Assembly: GCF_009914755.1 (NCBI RefSeq) | Contig: NC_060927.1 | Source: the human T2T-CHM13v2.0 reference genome, Homo sapiens | Length of the DNA stretch: 64,000 nucleotides | Strand: one strand, 5' to 3' | Part shown: positions 11,646-25,111 of the stretch, one piece after another | Numbering within the stretch: the first letter of the stretch is position 1 | Layout of the letters: every line of letters starts with the position of its first letter | Notes under the pieces: model-generated | Databases searched by the model: none | The model's input: only the letters and a program-made list of their open reading frames with translations | Told to the model about the DNA's origin: nothing | Made by a program: the position numbers and the translations under genes

Positions 11646-12879
11646 AAGAATGAGTCTGAGGCATATCCAGGCTTAGCAGAAAGAAGCTCAATGATTTATT
11701 ATTGATGTCTACTTGGATTTGAGTTATGTGCACGAAAATTTGCCTGGAGGTTTTGCCGTTCTGGTTTAAAGGATCCCTCGTTCTGTAAAGTAAGCATGAT
11801 TTCTGCCTCTCTTGTCCATGTTCTCAGTCTCTCTGAGGCTTTTTGTTTAGGGAGAGACAAGATCATCATACCCAGGTTTGTTTTCCTTTTAGCAGGCAGC
11901 TCAGGAAGACAAAGTCATGCTCTGCTGTTGCAGATGCACTGAGAACACACAAAGCTCAAAGGGCTGCTAGCCTGCAATTAGGGAGGGTTTGAGGATACCT
12001 GTTCCAATAACCAGCTGCAAAGATGATCCTTTCAGAGCTACTAATGCAACTTAGGGGGACTGAAATGTCTGCCCAGTGAGGGTACTTTTCTCCTCAATAA
12101 AATATCTAATGGAGAATGAAAGAAAACGAAAACATTTCAACAAATCACACCACAAAACCCAAGAGATCGCCCCCGGCAGGCCTGGAGGCTCTTCGTGGCA
12201 GCATCTCTGCCCCTACTACTTTCCCTCCTTGATGCCCCCATAGGTCTTCTGTTCTCAATTCCAGACCAGGCAAGGATGGAAAGACAGTACAAGTTTCCTC
12301 CTTCACAGGCAAGCCCAAATGTTCACTTGCAAACCCCTCAGGGGTACAAACGAAATAAAACCTTTTCCAACAATATTAAATGGGAACCTACCGTACTCCC
12401 TTGAAGCTTGCACCTGCTGGCTCAGCCAACGGCTTCATTCCATCTTCCATCAGAATCACATGTGGCAGCCAAGTTCCCAGGGATAAAGAATTCACAGCCA
12501 CGGGCTGCTGATAGGAAAGGTCACGGGGTAATGAAAGACAGGAAGCGTGTTCTAGTGTCCAGCTGAAAGGTGAACAGGTGAGGTGACATCCCGTTATTAA
12601 GTAGACATGGGCAATAATGTTGGGGGCAACTGTGTAACGTGCCTCAAATGTGATCTTCTGTACCGCCTCACCTCCCCTGGGAATGCTGAGTGTTGGAAAA
12701 TGATTCTCACCAGCCTCCTCACCTATACACTCCATATTTCCACAGGATTCATACTGACCCTGTTCAGGTAAAACAAAACCTGCCTTATGCCAGGACAGGT
12801 AGACTTTCTGAAACATGTGATTGCACAAAGTAGATGGTCTCTAGGGTCCTCCTTGGTTTCATACTTGGCACTCTGACCT

Positions 12880-13019
12880 TTTCTTTCAGAGCGCTTGTCA
12901 CTGTATATTATTTATTTGTATACTTCCTTATTTAATATTAATCTCCTCCATCAGATCATAAACATCTTGAAGACACAGACTGAGTCAGTTTTTCACCATT
13001 CTGTGCCCATCCTCCAGCA
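12880..13019 (+). mobile_element. L2 3' fragment (host of MER58A)
   Basis: ttatttgtatac...atctcctccatcagatcataaacatcttgaagacacagac...ccagcac resembles the L2 3' end. Confidence 0.6.
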
Positions 13020-13236
13020 CAGAGGGTGGTAAACTTTTACTTTAAAGGACCAGATAGTAAATGTTTTTGGCTTTGTGGACCATACGGTCTCTGTTGGGAC
13101 TACTCGCCTCTGCAGCTGCAGCATGAAAGCAGCCACAGATAATACGTAAACAAATGGGCGTAGCTGTGTTCCAATAAAAGTTTATTAACAAAAATGGGCA
13201 GTGGGTTGTGTTTGGCTTATAGTTTATCAACTGCTG
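13020..13236 (+). mobile_element. MER58A (hAT-Charlie MITE)
   Basis: cagagggtggtaaactttt...ccagatagtaaatg...gtgttccaataaaa...agtttatcaactgctg. 8-bp TSD ctccagca/atctagca. Confidence 0.9.
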
Positions 13237-13349
13237 ATCTAGCACAATAAATCATTAATAACTATGCATTAAGTATAAAATAACTATTGTTCATCTCCTT
13301 GTTGAGTCTCAACAAGGACTAAAGACTAATGTGATGTGATTAGAAATCA

Positions 13350-13545
13350 CGAGTACAGAGGGCAGCTGGGCACTAAATGGGGCACAGAGACCATGTAGGG
13401 CTGAAATATTCCGTTTCTTGTTCTGAGTGCTGGTTAGTGGATTTACAGTGTGGAAATTCATCAGGATTCACACTCAAATCTGAGTACTTTTCTGCATGCA
13501 TGTTATACTCTGAAACGAAAGTTTACAAGCTAAGAAACAAATATA
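13350..13545 (+). mobile_element. Old L1M 3'-end fragment
   Basis: aaattcatcagg...gtacttttctgcatgcatgttatactc is a typical L1M 3' terminus. Confidence 0.55.
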
Positions 13546-13789
13546 AAAATAAAGCAAATAAGGGCCAAAGAGAGAAAGCAGGGCATCACTGCCTGCTAGA
13601 TTTGAGCTTCCTTAATGACAGCTAACGATAACAAGAAGTTCCCCAACCAGCTGTGAGTCTAGACCTAGAGGATCAGCTATACCACCTACTGGCAAACGAG
13701 CAAAAATATGGCTGTTTGATCTGTCAATTCCATAGAAGAAGTTAGTCTCCTGATTATGAAATGACTTTTGAAGCCCAAAAGACATGGAT

Positions 13790-13930
13790 TCTTTAACTTC
13801 TCTGAGCCTCCATTTCTCACCCCTAAAATCATCGTGTCTGCCCCACAACACTGTTGTAAGGGTTAAATTATATAGTGTATATAAAATGCCTAGAACAGTG
13901 CCTGGCATTTTTTAATACTCATGATTAGTA
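13790..13930 (+). mobile_element. MIR
   Basis: ttaacttctctgagcctccatttctc...aatgcctagaacagtgcctggca. Confidence 0.8.
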
Positions 13931-13969
13931 CCCAGGGAACGTCAGCTAATGTGAAAAAAACCAGAGTGG

Positions 13970-14315
13970 ATGTCTTTCGTTGCCCCTCCTCATCCATTCT
14001 CCATCCTTCTGTACTCTGCTCCCTGCCCTGAGTTGGCCAGCATGGGTTCTCTTGCCCCTCCAGGTTCCAGTGTGAGATCAGGGAAGTTATTTCCTTCAAG
14101 CAGTAACCCTTAACGAAATGGACATGAAGCCTCCCTTTCACCCAGTCTCTTTGTCTTTAAGTCCCCATAAATGCTTCTTCTTCTTGCTCCTTCAGGCCAG
14201 TGGATGATCACTGCTCCCTCCTATTAATAAACCTTGGGAAACTGGATATTTCTGTGGTTTCTCCACACTACTTCCACACCTTTGCCCTCTGTTTCCCGGA
14301 CTCTGACTAATGCAC
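13970..14315 (+). mobile_element. Ancient ERVL LTR, LTR33-like
   Basis: cttgctccttcaggcc...ccacacctttg...tctgtttcccggactctgactaatgca. Confidence 0.55.
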
Positions 14316-14786
14316 CAACTACACATTAGGAAAGTGAATTCAGCTCCAAGCAAGGCAAGAACATTTCTGGAAATAGTACATTATGCTTTGTTTTGGCTCA
14401 CATATGGGACTTGAAAAAAACAAGGGGTATTTTTCTCTAGGCCCAGCACACGCAGGTTATAAGGCTTTGTTTGCCAAATCTGGGCTTTCTTGCTTTCAGA
14501 GTTCATTAAGCCTGAGTTTGTTTTTCAGGAGTGAAAACAGCTGTTACCTACCAACCTAGAAACAGTAGCTTTGTTTGGGAGTAGATGCTCAGGGAGGTAA
14601 GCTGGTGCTGGGGGTAGTGACGGGTTTGAGGGAGCCTGGGAAGTCACCCGCACTCCTTAGACCAATACTTCATCTAAGGTAGCAATGAATGTCAAAGGCC
14701 TAAAACATCTGGCCGTAGGGATTTTGGAGCCTTGTCAAATAGTTCCCACTCCAACTTGATTGCAGAAATATCTGAGCTGCCTTCTG

Positions 14787-15110
14787 TTTTTTTTGTTTTT
14801 TTTTGTTTTTGTTGTTGTTGTTGTTGTTGTTTTTGAGATGGAGTCTCGCTCTGTTGCCCAGACTGGAGCACAGTGGAACCATCTCAGCTCACTACAACCT
14901 CCACCTCCCGGGATTCAAGCAGTTCTTCTGCCTCAGCCTCCCAAATTGCTGGGATTACAGGTGCCTGCCACCATGCCTGACTAATTTTTGTATTTGTAAT
15001 GGAGATTGAGTTTCACCATGTTGGCAGGCTGGTCTTGAAATCCTGACCTCAGGTGATCTGCCTGCCTTGGCCTCCCAAATTGCTGGAATTACAGGCATGA
15101 ACCACCATAC
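14787..15110 (-). mobile_element. AluS with (TTG)n tail
   Basis: Dimeric Alu with cctgacctcaggtgatctgcc. Degenerate TSD gagctgcc(t/g)tct. The extreme 5' end is replaced (see findings). Confidence 0.95.
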
Positions 15111-18100
15111 CAAAGACGGCAGAGCTGCCGTCTTTGAATGCAGAGAGGGGTTTGAACAATGAATTCTACAGCAGTGACCACGATGTGCTGACAACCAGAG
15201 GTCTTTCTAGTTAGCATTGTGGGGGTCGTGTAAATGTCCCAGGAGTTCTCTATAATCCCAAAGGACAGTAGAGGGGCCCCCCTGATCCATAACTGGATAT
15301 TCCAGGCTTCACCCCAGTGGTTCTGATTTTGTGTGACTTAAGTTGGGCCCCTACATTGCATTTTTAGCATGCACCTCAGCAATGCTGATGCAAGTAGTCC
15401 CTTAAGCACAGAGAGGCAGATACTGTAATTGTCCCCATTTTACAAAGAAGAAAATAGAGCCTCTGAGAGCCTAACCTTCTCCAGTTCCAAGTGTTTGGAA
15501 GGTCTAGGCCAATATTGGTTGAGTGAGGAAAACTGAACAAATTGTCCTTTCTTTTGTGTAGAGTACAATTCATGCCCACATAAGAAGCACAATTCTTATT
15601 TTATTCTGGGGAATCCTGCCAAAATTCAAATGTTTGCAAAATTCCAAGAACTGAGTGGTCTTCTACTTCTTCTTTTGTAATCAAGTAAGCAGAAACAGTG
15701 TAGCCAGTGAAAAGCTCACCACAAATGTTTATTAGATAAGACTGGTCTGGGGCACGTCATCTATGAAGGTGCTGAGCAAATCCAAGAAATGTTTCCTATC
15801 ATACTCTTAAGCACCAAGCTTGGAAAATCAAGCAAAACAACCAACTCAGCTGCTCACAAAGTCAGCAAAAAATGTTTATATAATTAATCTTCATTATGGC
15901 AGTTCAGTCACAACATTAGTGGCAAATATACCCAGAGAATAAATGCAAATTGTAGGTGCAAATCAATTTATGCATTCAGCAGCAATTCCACTTGCCCCCC
16001 ACATACACACTTAATAGCTCGTTGAAACGTAGAAATCATTACTGGTCTTTAGAAAGATGCAAGTTTGCAAACCAGGATCCGAAATTAAACAATGATGACA
16101 AAATAGCAATATCAAAACCATAGGCATCAGGAGACACCTGAAGAAGAACTAGGAGTGACTATTTCGGCATGCCCTGGGGAGATGGAAGCACAGGCTTCGC
16201 TGCTTATTTTCTCTTTTTACTCTTTCTGTTGCTAAGTCTCCTAACCATCAAACCCTGGTGGTGGTGGGAGGATTTTAGAGGAGCTCCCAGATAAAGAATG
16301 CGGCCAGACTTGCTTCCATTCCAAATTACTTGGAAATTGATTCTCTTTCTCCTCTGAAATGTCTCCTCAGGTGTCCCAGAGATTTCCTTTCTTGTGCTCT
16401 GGGGACAAAACAAAAACCAAAACAAAAACATTTAAAAAGTGACTGGAAATACAAAGACCTGAGAGTCAGGTGAAATGTCTCAGAAAGTTGTAATTAAGAG
16501 AGTGCCCTCTACATGAACCTGTGTAATGTAGATACTTTCTCCCTTTATTCACTTTTCAGTTCTCTTTGTCTTTTTGGTTGCTCTCAGATGAAGGTATCAA
16601 GGTGCCTCTATTTGGCAAATTGGTTACCTTAATTGTTTTCTCTGTTTCTTAAAAGTCAACAGGTATTGATTTGGTTCAGTCTTCTCATTCTTCCATGTCC
16701 CCATCTGAACATAATTTTCATTTTTCTCACGATGCCTATGTTTAAGTGTAATTATTGTAGTAACAGTCTCATTAAGTGACATGTTTGGAGGAGAAGGGCT
16801 CTGGTTAATTGAGTCCTAAAGAAGAGAAGATAGCTTTAATTTTTCAATTCTCATTGTTGAAAATATTTATGCTTTTCATCTGTCTTTTCTTCATTCATTT
16901 CACTCTCATTTCTACCAACAGAAAAAAAAACAAATCAGTATCATTACACAAATATCCAAATTAATATAGAAAGAAATCAATATAAGGAATCATGGCTGCA
17001 AAGGGGGTAGGAACAGCACCAGGTTTCACATGTGTGCAATCATGACTCTTATTTGGCACCAAGTTTAGCTCTGAGATCCCTGGCAGGCAAAGCAAAACAA
17101 GAAATAGATCCCATGTTTTAATCAAAAGAAGCAAAGTAGTTCACAAGGAAAGACAAACTTTCTTTTTGGTGGGAAGGAGGGTGGAGGAAAGGGACATGAA
17201 AATCTAATTACAGTGACTTAAAGGAAAAGGGTCATGTGACTCTTCATTTGTGGCATTGGACCAATCTAGTGTCACATCATTGGACACTGTCATGTCGGCA
17301 GAAGGAATTTTTTCCCCTTTTCTTGCCCACACCTCCACACAGGCATTTTACTTGATTTTGTTAATGTTTTACCACCACAGATCTAACCCATGATGAGATC
17401 GTTTGGTTATAAGATGACAAAAGGCAAATTAATAGAATTATGGTTCTACTCCCACCCTCCATTAGTTCTACCTTTTAAAAATGTGTTGTACAAACATTTA
17501 GGCTAGTTTGGCAGAGCACCCCTGAAATCAATCCCTAAGCATGTTCCAAAGATCACCTAGGTATCCCAGAATTAATTGGAGACCCAAATATGAGTTACCA
17601 ATGATAGCACCATACTAGTGTAAGGAGCTCCAGGACAAGAGTTTACGTTTTCTAGGTAACATTAAGTGCCTGACGTTTGATCTCTCTGAATTTTTGATTC
17701 TGCATGGCTCTAAAGGAGATCATAAATTATACTAAATGAGGATCAATCAGTTCTTTTCAACTGAAATCTAGATTTCAGTTTCATTGTCCCCATAACTATC
17801 AAACTGTCATAGAAATTGAGTATGTCAACATCTAGAGTTATCTTTTGCATGTGAAAGAAGCATAATGATTCTTACTCAGATTATATGTGCTGATTTTCAG
17901 TTTATAACCTGATGATTGTATGTACATCCCATGTAAGTGCTCTTCATCCTCCTGTAATACTAGCTAGGAGCTTTATCACTCTTAGAAAGTACTTATCTTA
18001 TTTGCTTTTCTTACACTTCACCTGCTCTAATGCCTTTAATTTTTAACTTGTGTATTTAATCCAGTTTATTTAAAGTGATTTAAGCTGTATGTCTTGGGAA

Positions 18101-18179
18101 AGGGAGACCTCAGCTATTCTAAATGAACAGTTTTAACATTCTAATTTGGAATCACAGGAAAACCAAATCTATTTGGTAG

Positions 18180-18690
18180 AAAAGGTACAAGATCCGACAT
18201 CAAGAAACTCATGTTTGATTCCTGTCCCTCCTCTTTACTGTCCATTTGTAAAACACACTCCAAATTTCTTAGCCTTTCTTTCCTAATCTGTAATATGAGC
18301 GTAACAATAATAATTCCTCCTTTTTAAGATTGATTTGAAGATTAAGTTTGCATATTTGAGAAAAATCTGTCAACTGTAAAATTACATTCACTTCTTATTT
18401 ATTGCTATTATTAGGCCCAAGTTTTTTTTCTGATTATGAACACAGAAAGCCACAAGAATAACAGGAAACTTCATGGTGACAAGAATTCTATTAAGCACTT
18501 TAAATATATGGATTCATTTGAACCTCACAGCAACCCTAATGCAGAATTATTCTTCTCATTTTTCAAATGAAAAGCCTGAGGCAGAGAAAGGATAATAAAC
18601 TTGTCCAACGTCACATAGTCAGTAAATGGCATAGCTGAGATTCAAACCCAAGTGCTAAGTGCACAGGCTCTTGTCACTATACTGTATGTC
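18180..18690. mobile_element. Two MIR fragments in opposite orientation
   Basis: Plus copy ~18180-18410 (tctgtaatatgag...aagattaag). Minus copy ~18480-18690 (cctcacagcaaccct...aagcctgaggcagaga...cttgtccaacgtcacatag). Confidence 0.65.
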
Positions 18691-18699
18691 CTCAGCACA

Positions 18700-18951
18700 C
18701 AGCTATAGTAAGTATTAGGAATATTAATAAATGTAACACACACATGCACAAAGGATTCCATCATCAAACAAGGTTAGGAAACACTAGATTCAACCAAGTT
18801 AACTAGGCGTCTTGACTGCAGGACTCCTCAGACCCTTTAACAAATGAGGGATGGTGTTCAGCAAATTCCAAGACCAAACTGAAACCAAATTGTTTCTTCA
18901 TGAGCATCTCAAAGGACTTGGGTTCCAGGGAATACATTTTGGCAAGTGCTC
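18700..18951 (+). mobile_element. MER103-like hAT-Charlie element
   Basis: caaacaaggttaggaaacact...ctgcaggactcctcagaccctttaa...gagcatctc...gttccagggaatacattttggcaagtgct. Confidence 0.7.
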
Positions 18952-20584
18952 ATACATAAGTCGTGACAGATAAGTAGCAATGACATGCCAATTAAGGGCT
19001 CATTAAACAATCTTTTGAGGTATGGGAGAGAAATATAAAAGTATACCCTAATGTTATTTATACATGATCTCCATTTTATATACTACCTACCTACCCAAAT
19101 TAAAAAAGGGGTATTGCAATCCTCTTTTTAAAAATGCACGTATAAATGTTGCTTTTGTTTTGACGAAAATGTAAGAGACATAGTTTTTTTCCTCTCTCCA
19201 GGATGGTTCTCTGAGGCTGACATTTGGAGAAGAAAGATGTGCAAGGAGGAACTAAAGCTTCACATGCCTTGTTGCTGTAAGATACTATAGATCATGCTGG
19301 GTCAGGGCTGAGAGAGCTCTGGGGAACTAGTCTCTGCAAGTGATTAATAACAGCAAGGTGACCCACTGACCCTTCTCAGGCACTTCTCTACCTGGGCATC
19401 TAGAATTACCTCCAGGACATATGGAGAGTGGGGGAAGGAGACTGGTTCCAAATAACTATTAAGTCTATGATCACTTTAATAGACTTAATAGAGACCCCAA
19501 GGTGGTAAATGAATCCTTGCTTATTGAATTCCTCACTTTCTGCTACTAGCACCATCACTACCCCCCCAGCACCACCCACCCCCATACACACACACACACT
19601 TTTCTCCTAATCAGGGGGAATCACAGTCTAGCTGTTTCTAGCTTAACATGGAGACTAAAATAGCTTAAAGGTATGAGTCTGGCCAGCTTCATTTGAGCAT
19701 TACCAAAGGAAAAGGTTGTGATGAATGGCATATTTGATCCACTCTTTAGAAACGCCATATTGGATGTTTCCCACCAAGCCATCAGCACTAGCCTGATAAC
19801 ATCACTTACCTCCATCTCATAATATTTACTTACCCTGTGTATTCGTGGTATATCCACAATTATGTTGGGATATTGCTACTGGAGTGAAGCTAGAATTCTA
19901 AAAGTCTATACATTCCTATGAAGTGGATGGTGAGAACATCTTTATGTGCATTTAGGTCACATGATGTCATTCCTATGAATGATGCAGGTAATCTAAGGGC
20001 AGATTTTGCTGTTATCCTCATTTCTTCCTTCAAGCTTCTTAGCAATCCAGGTGCCTCTTGCCTTGGAATTAACACCACTTCACTCTGCCTCTCCTTTTCT
20101 ACCCAAACACAGTTTCCTAATCTTCCTTTTTTATTCATAACAATTTTAAGAATAGTAAAGATATAGATGGAGTCCAAGATCTCAAAACAAACACTTCCCA
20201 TTCGGAATCAAAACTGATTAAAAATCTGCTTCTCCCTGCACAGATTCTCCTCCTAGGGATGTGGAGTGGCATTCCTGAATGGAATCAATGAATCATTTCC
20301 TTCCAGTACCTTATAAGAGATCAATGGCATCTGTAATATAACACTTGTGCCTCATTGCTATTGAGTTTACTCAGGGAGAATACCATGAGACTGAGTAAGG
20401 TTTGCACGAGTATTCTGAACCCACGGTTTCTTGACCCTGTTGACAAATCTATTAGGTGCATCACTTCACAGGTTGAGATACAAACTGATTCCAATGTTGA
20501 AACAAAATCTTCAATCTTACAGAAGGATTACTGACACAGCATGGAGAGGAAGTAAGAGAATTAGACTGGAATGGACATTTTTAG

Positions 20585-20990
20585 TTAGTTCCGGTATCAG
20601 CTGAGTCCTCTGGGAAGTAGATGCAAAGACTGAGTCAGCAATGTAGAAGATGCATTGTAAAGTAAAACGTGTGAAAGGAAGAGGGGGAAAGTAGAATTGG
20701 GTAGGGAGAGCCTTCAGACAATACACAGATCTGGTGGTTCAGTTGGGTACTGCAGAGTACAGATTGCCCTTTAGGGGTGTCCCGCATTGGGCAGAAAGCC
20801 CTTGTACCACTGTGCTGCTCAGTTTTTGGTCAGTGCCACCCCAGAAAAAGCACAACTTTGGCTCAAAAGCTAGAGTTGACTGGAAGGAGATAATAGCTGG
20901 GGGCTATCAGCTATCCATACTTCTCATTGCCAAGCAAGGACACCTTTCTTAAATGGAGATTTGCATGTATGTGTCTGCCAGGACTCAACA
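20585..20990 (-). mobile_element. Ancient ERVL solo LTR, LTR16-like
   Basis: gtcctctgggaagtagatgc...gggtagggagagccttcagac...ggggtgtcccgcattgggcagaaa. Confidence 0.6.
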
Positions 20991-21409
20991 TACCTTTCAT
21001 CTATTCCTCATAGCGGAGGAGACATACAATTTGAGAAGGTCCCTTAATTACAGTCTCAACACTGGAACTCTCATTGATGCCATTGGCTATAAATATGAGC
21101 AGAGATACACAACAGACCAAAAGCACATTAAATATGGCCACAAAAGGGATTAGTGGTCTCTTACACTTACGAATAGAATCTTTCAGAACTGAACCTGTTT
21201 GTAAGTTGAGGGTGTTTCTAGATATAGCCTGTGGATTCAGACAACCTATTAATTCCTTTTAAATCAATAACATTTTAGGGTAAGTCGACTGAAAAGGTAA
21301 CTGTCACTTTGGAAAACCAAGATCAGGAAATGGGATACATGACAGATAAGTTATATTGATGAAGAAAAGAGGCTCCAGGCAGAAATTGACAAACACAGTC
21401 ATAATGAAT

Positions 21410-21947
21410 TTTTTAACTCTTAAGTTCATGGGTACATGTGCAACTTTGTTATGTAGGTAAATTTGTGTCATAGGGCTTGTTATACAGATTGTTTTGTCAC
21501 CCAGGTATTAAGCCTAGTATCCATTAGTTATTTTTCCTGATCCTCTCCCTCCACCCACCCTCCATCCTCTGATAGGCCCCAGTGTGTGTTGTTTCTCTCT
21601 CTTTGTCATGTATTCTCACTTAGCTCCCACTTGTAAGTGATAACATGTGGTATTTGGTTTTCTGTTCCCGTGTTCATTTGCTAAGGATAATGGCCTCCAG
21701 CTCTATCCATGTCCCCGCAAAGGATATGATCTTGTTTCCTTATATGGCTGCATAGTATTCCATGGTATATATGTACCACATTTTCTTTATACAGTCTACC
21801 ATTGATGGGTATTTAGGTGGATTCTATGTCTTTGCTATTGTGAATAGTGCTGCAGTGAACATACATGTGCTATGTCTTTATGATAGAACAATTTATATTC
21901 CTTCAGGTATATACCCAATAATGGGATTGCTCATCCGAGTGGTAGTT
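21410..21947 (-). mobile_element. L1PA13-16-like 3' end
   Basis: taagttcatgggtacatgtgca...cacccaggtattaagcctagta...ggctgcatagtattccatgg. Confidence 0.9.
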
Positions 21948-23359
21948 TGATTATATCTCTTTTAGTCACTAGTAAATCAAGCAGACAAAATTATTAAAAA
22001 TATATAAAAGCTTTGAACATAATTAAAAGTTTAATCTAGCTTGATTCTTTAAATAGATACTAGCCTTACAACAACAGCCTTCAAAAGTGAAGACCTAAAT
22101 AACTAGAAATGTAGACACCTGGGAGTTGTTCACCTTTCTCTGTCTGCTCTCTGTGGTTTATATAAACACATCTGTTCTGTCCCCGTAGGCCTGCTGCAGC
22201 CATAGCATGCATGCGACTTGTGGTCCACATGCCAGATACTCTTATCTCCATGCCCCATAAATGTACATTCACACCAGTCCTTGAGCAGCTGTGACTGTGC
22301 CTGTTATCACAGCTCTGTGTGCCTAGGCCAGTGGCACATGCAACTAGATTCACAAGATATAGGTCACTTGATATTCATGGATTGGACACTTGCAGGTCTG
22401 ATTACTCATGAGTGCACCAAACATCTATGGCATGTAGCTATATGCAATTTTTCTGAATTCTGGAGTTCTGAGGGTCTGACCCAGGTGAACTAGTTAGTCA
22501 CTGAGCCTGTAAGCAAACTTCACAGATTGTCCAGGATTCATCTGTCCACTGGCTTAATTTTCTACTCAACAGAGCTTATCATCTCTTTCTCTTTAGGAAC
22601 TTAGGGGGCTGACTACATTTTTTAATCACACATTACTGCATTTTATTGGAGAATTTTTTATGTTCTGGGAGTGCTTCAAATTTGGATATTTTCAATAGAA
22701 TGTTGGCAATTATTATTTTTTGTAAAAGTTTTATATAATGAATGTATGTAGAACCCTGCATTTCATATACAGAAAATGACTTGTTTTTAAACATTCATGG
22801 ATCTTTTATTAAAATGGACCATATTTTAGCTTACAAATTACAGAAAATAAAATTTTAAAAACCACAAAGAATTAGTATTCCTCAGATCGCCTGCTCTTAA
22901 TAATTAAAATAGTTATCGATAACAAATACTTAGCTTAAAAATCCCCCCCTACAAATTAGTAAGGAGGGTTAAATGAGGGAGATATTTAAAAGATGGGGGC
23001 AGACTTAGGGAAACCTCAAGGAATAGTGTAGTTCTCCAAGGTGAGTAAGAGTGGAGCAATTACTATCCCAAAGCCTGAAGAGGAAAGATGCAAAAAGGTA
23101 GCCAAAGCTTAGAAGAAAGAAGTACTGTGAGGAGACCACTTGGAAAAGAGAAGAGACCTTAGGTTGAGAGTACAGCCATCCTGAGGCCCCAAAGAGACAG
23201 CAACGTTTGACTCTATTCCTAGTATATTTACAGCCACTTCAACTACAAAGTCACAGTACACCATGGAAAACACCAACCCTTTAGTAGGCTGGAAAGGAGT
23301 ATGTCTATTTATTGTCTTTATAAGAGACCAGAGCAGACAATGAAAAGGTATTAAGTATT

Positions 23360-24000
23360 CTCTTTTTTTTTCTTTTCAGCAGAAAGAGAAGCCCCTTCAG
23401 CCTTCTTGAGAGAAAGACACGAACAGTCCAAGAGAATAGTGCCTATATCAAAAGAGTCACTACAGTTCTCTTGACCAGCTGATCTGGAGCAGGCAGTTGG
23501 CCTTTGGGTTTAGGAGGAATGCTTTGCTTCAGGTTCTTGCCCACTGGGATTGGATAGTCCAAAGTATGATATGAACACTTTTTATTTTTACCTTGGAAAA
23601 AAATACTCTCCAGGCCTTTCCTATAGTACCAACTAAGACTCAAGCTACACATCAGACTATCACCTTCATTTTCAAACCTTTGAATACATCCAGGTTTGAT
23701 TCAACCCTGACTTTTAGGGCAATAGTTACTTATATAGGTCACTCAGATGCCTGTATTAACCTTCCACCAGGAAGGTGCTTTAAAATCACACTAAACATCT
23801 GTAACAAGTCATCTCCAAACATCGTTACAACACCACTGCCTCCATTCCACGTGGTCACCATGGTCATCAATTTTACCCAGCAACTACAAAGGCAGACCCT
23901 CATTATTCCTGGGGTATGGCAGCTTGAAACTCTCAGTGCTAGTTCATTTGCATAAGTGCTTAGCAGCAAAAAATCTTGACTCCTGGCACCAGAAGTAAAT
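23360..24000 (-). pseudogene. Possible decayed retrocopy of an unidentified coding sequence
   Basis: Not matched to any repeat I recognise. One minus frame runs ~210 codons with 7 stops, all TGA/TAG. A-rich run at the 3' end and weak TSD-like flanks. Parent not recognised. Confidence 0.3.
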
Positions 24001-25111
24001 TATTCTTGGAGTACTATACTTAGATGCTTTGAGTTTAATTACCTTGTAATTTCCAGGTCATGTTATTACCATGAAGCTACATGATTTTGCAAATTTATTT
24101 ACAGCCTATGAAAAGAAAACGACTTCGGAAATGAATGTTGCTAAATTGGTCCCTTGTAAATAGTTCTTTTGTTGTTTAGAAAACATTTAAAAGCTTTTCT
24201 ACTAGAAAATGTGGGCCAGTCAAATGCCAATTCTCTAAAAGTTTACAATAAGAATCTTATCTTGAGTTAGAGATGTGAGGTCCCTCCAAGTGGAGTCAGG
24301 GGGGTCTTCAAGGTGATCAGGCAGGAAGGTAGCATTTAGAAAGAAAATCATGAAGGTAAAGGGGTCAGAGATAATAAGAATGGTCATATCAGATCCAGGA
24401 GTTCTGTCAAAGTCTGAAATATTGGTAATACTTTGGATCCAAAGATCAAGAGTTCATAAATTATTAATATTGTTCAATGAAACTTTACAAAACTCGAGGA
24501 TGACCTGAATATTGCACCTGTTAGACCTCATTTTATTTTGGCCACAGAATATTTATATAACACTTAAAAATGAGGCACTACTGGTTTCTAGGGGGAGTTG
24601 AGACTGTTTCCTTCCTTTCTCATCCCTAACCTGATTCTTACCTCTCTAGGATCAATAGCAAGTAAATTGGACTCCCATAAAGAGAAGAATTGCTGAAATT
24701 TAAGGATGTTGATGGTCAGGACTTTCAGAGGGGATCAAGGTCATGTCATATGTGGGCACGGCCTATCTTTGCTTTCTTCCTTGCTCCTCCAGGGAATGGC
24801 AAGAGCCTAAGGCTGTTCCAGAAGGGCCTAACATTATTCTTTCTCTCTAGAGATGCTGTCTTTCCTTCCTGTAAGGTAGCTTGGGAAGAGAACCCAGGAC
24901 AGCTTGTTCTAGCTCTGTTGTCCCATTGTTGGTAGACATTGGACATCCCTTGTTTCCTGGTGATGGAACCAGGGCCTTAGGCTTGAGCACTGTAGGAAGT
25001 TGAGGGACAGTCAGAGCCATCTTCCCAACCTGCTTTATCTGAAGCTGATTTAGCCTAACTGGCTTTGGAGAAAGGAAGCTTCAGCTGGGTCAAGCTATCA
25101 TTTGACAACTC

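Noticed and set aside
12400-12700. Enhancer suggested by the EBF-like tcccctggga (12673-12682) and GATA motifs
   Set aside because: Too few motifs to distinguish from chance without external data.
16930-22500. Ancient DNA-transposon fragments near 16930-17120 and 22100-22500
   Set aside because: They resemble old DNA-transposon fossils, but I could not assign family or boundaries with enough support.
23739-23969. MFGDDLL as a viral RdRp GDD motif
   Set aside because: A single short motif without recognisable motifs A/B; expected by chance.
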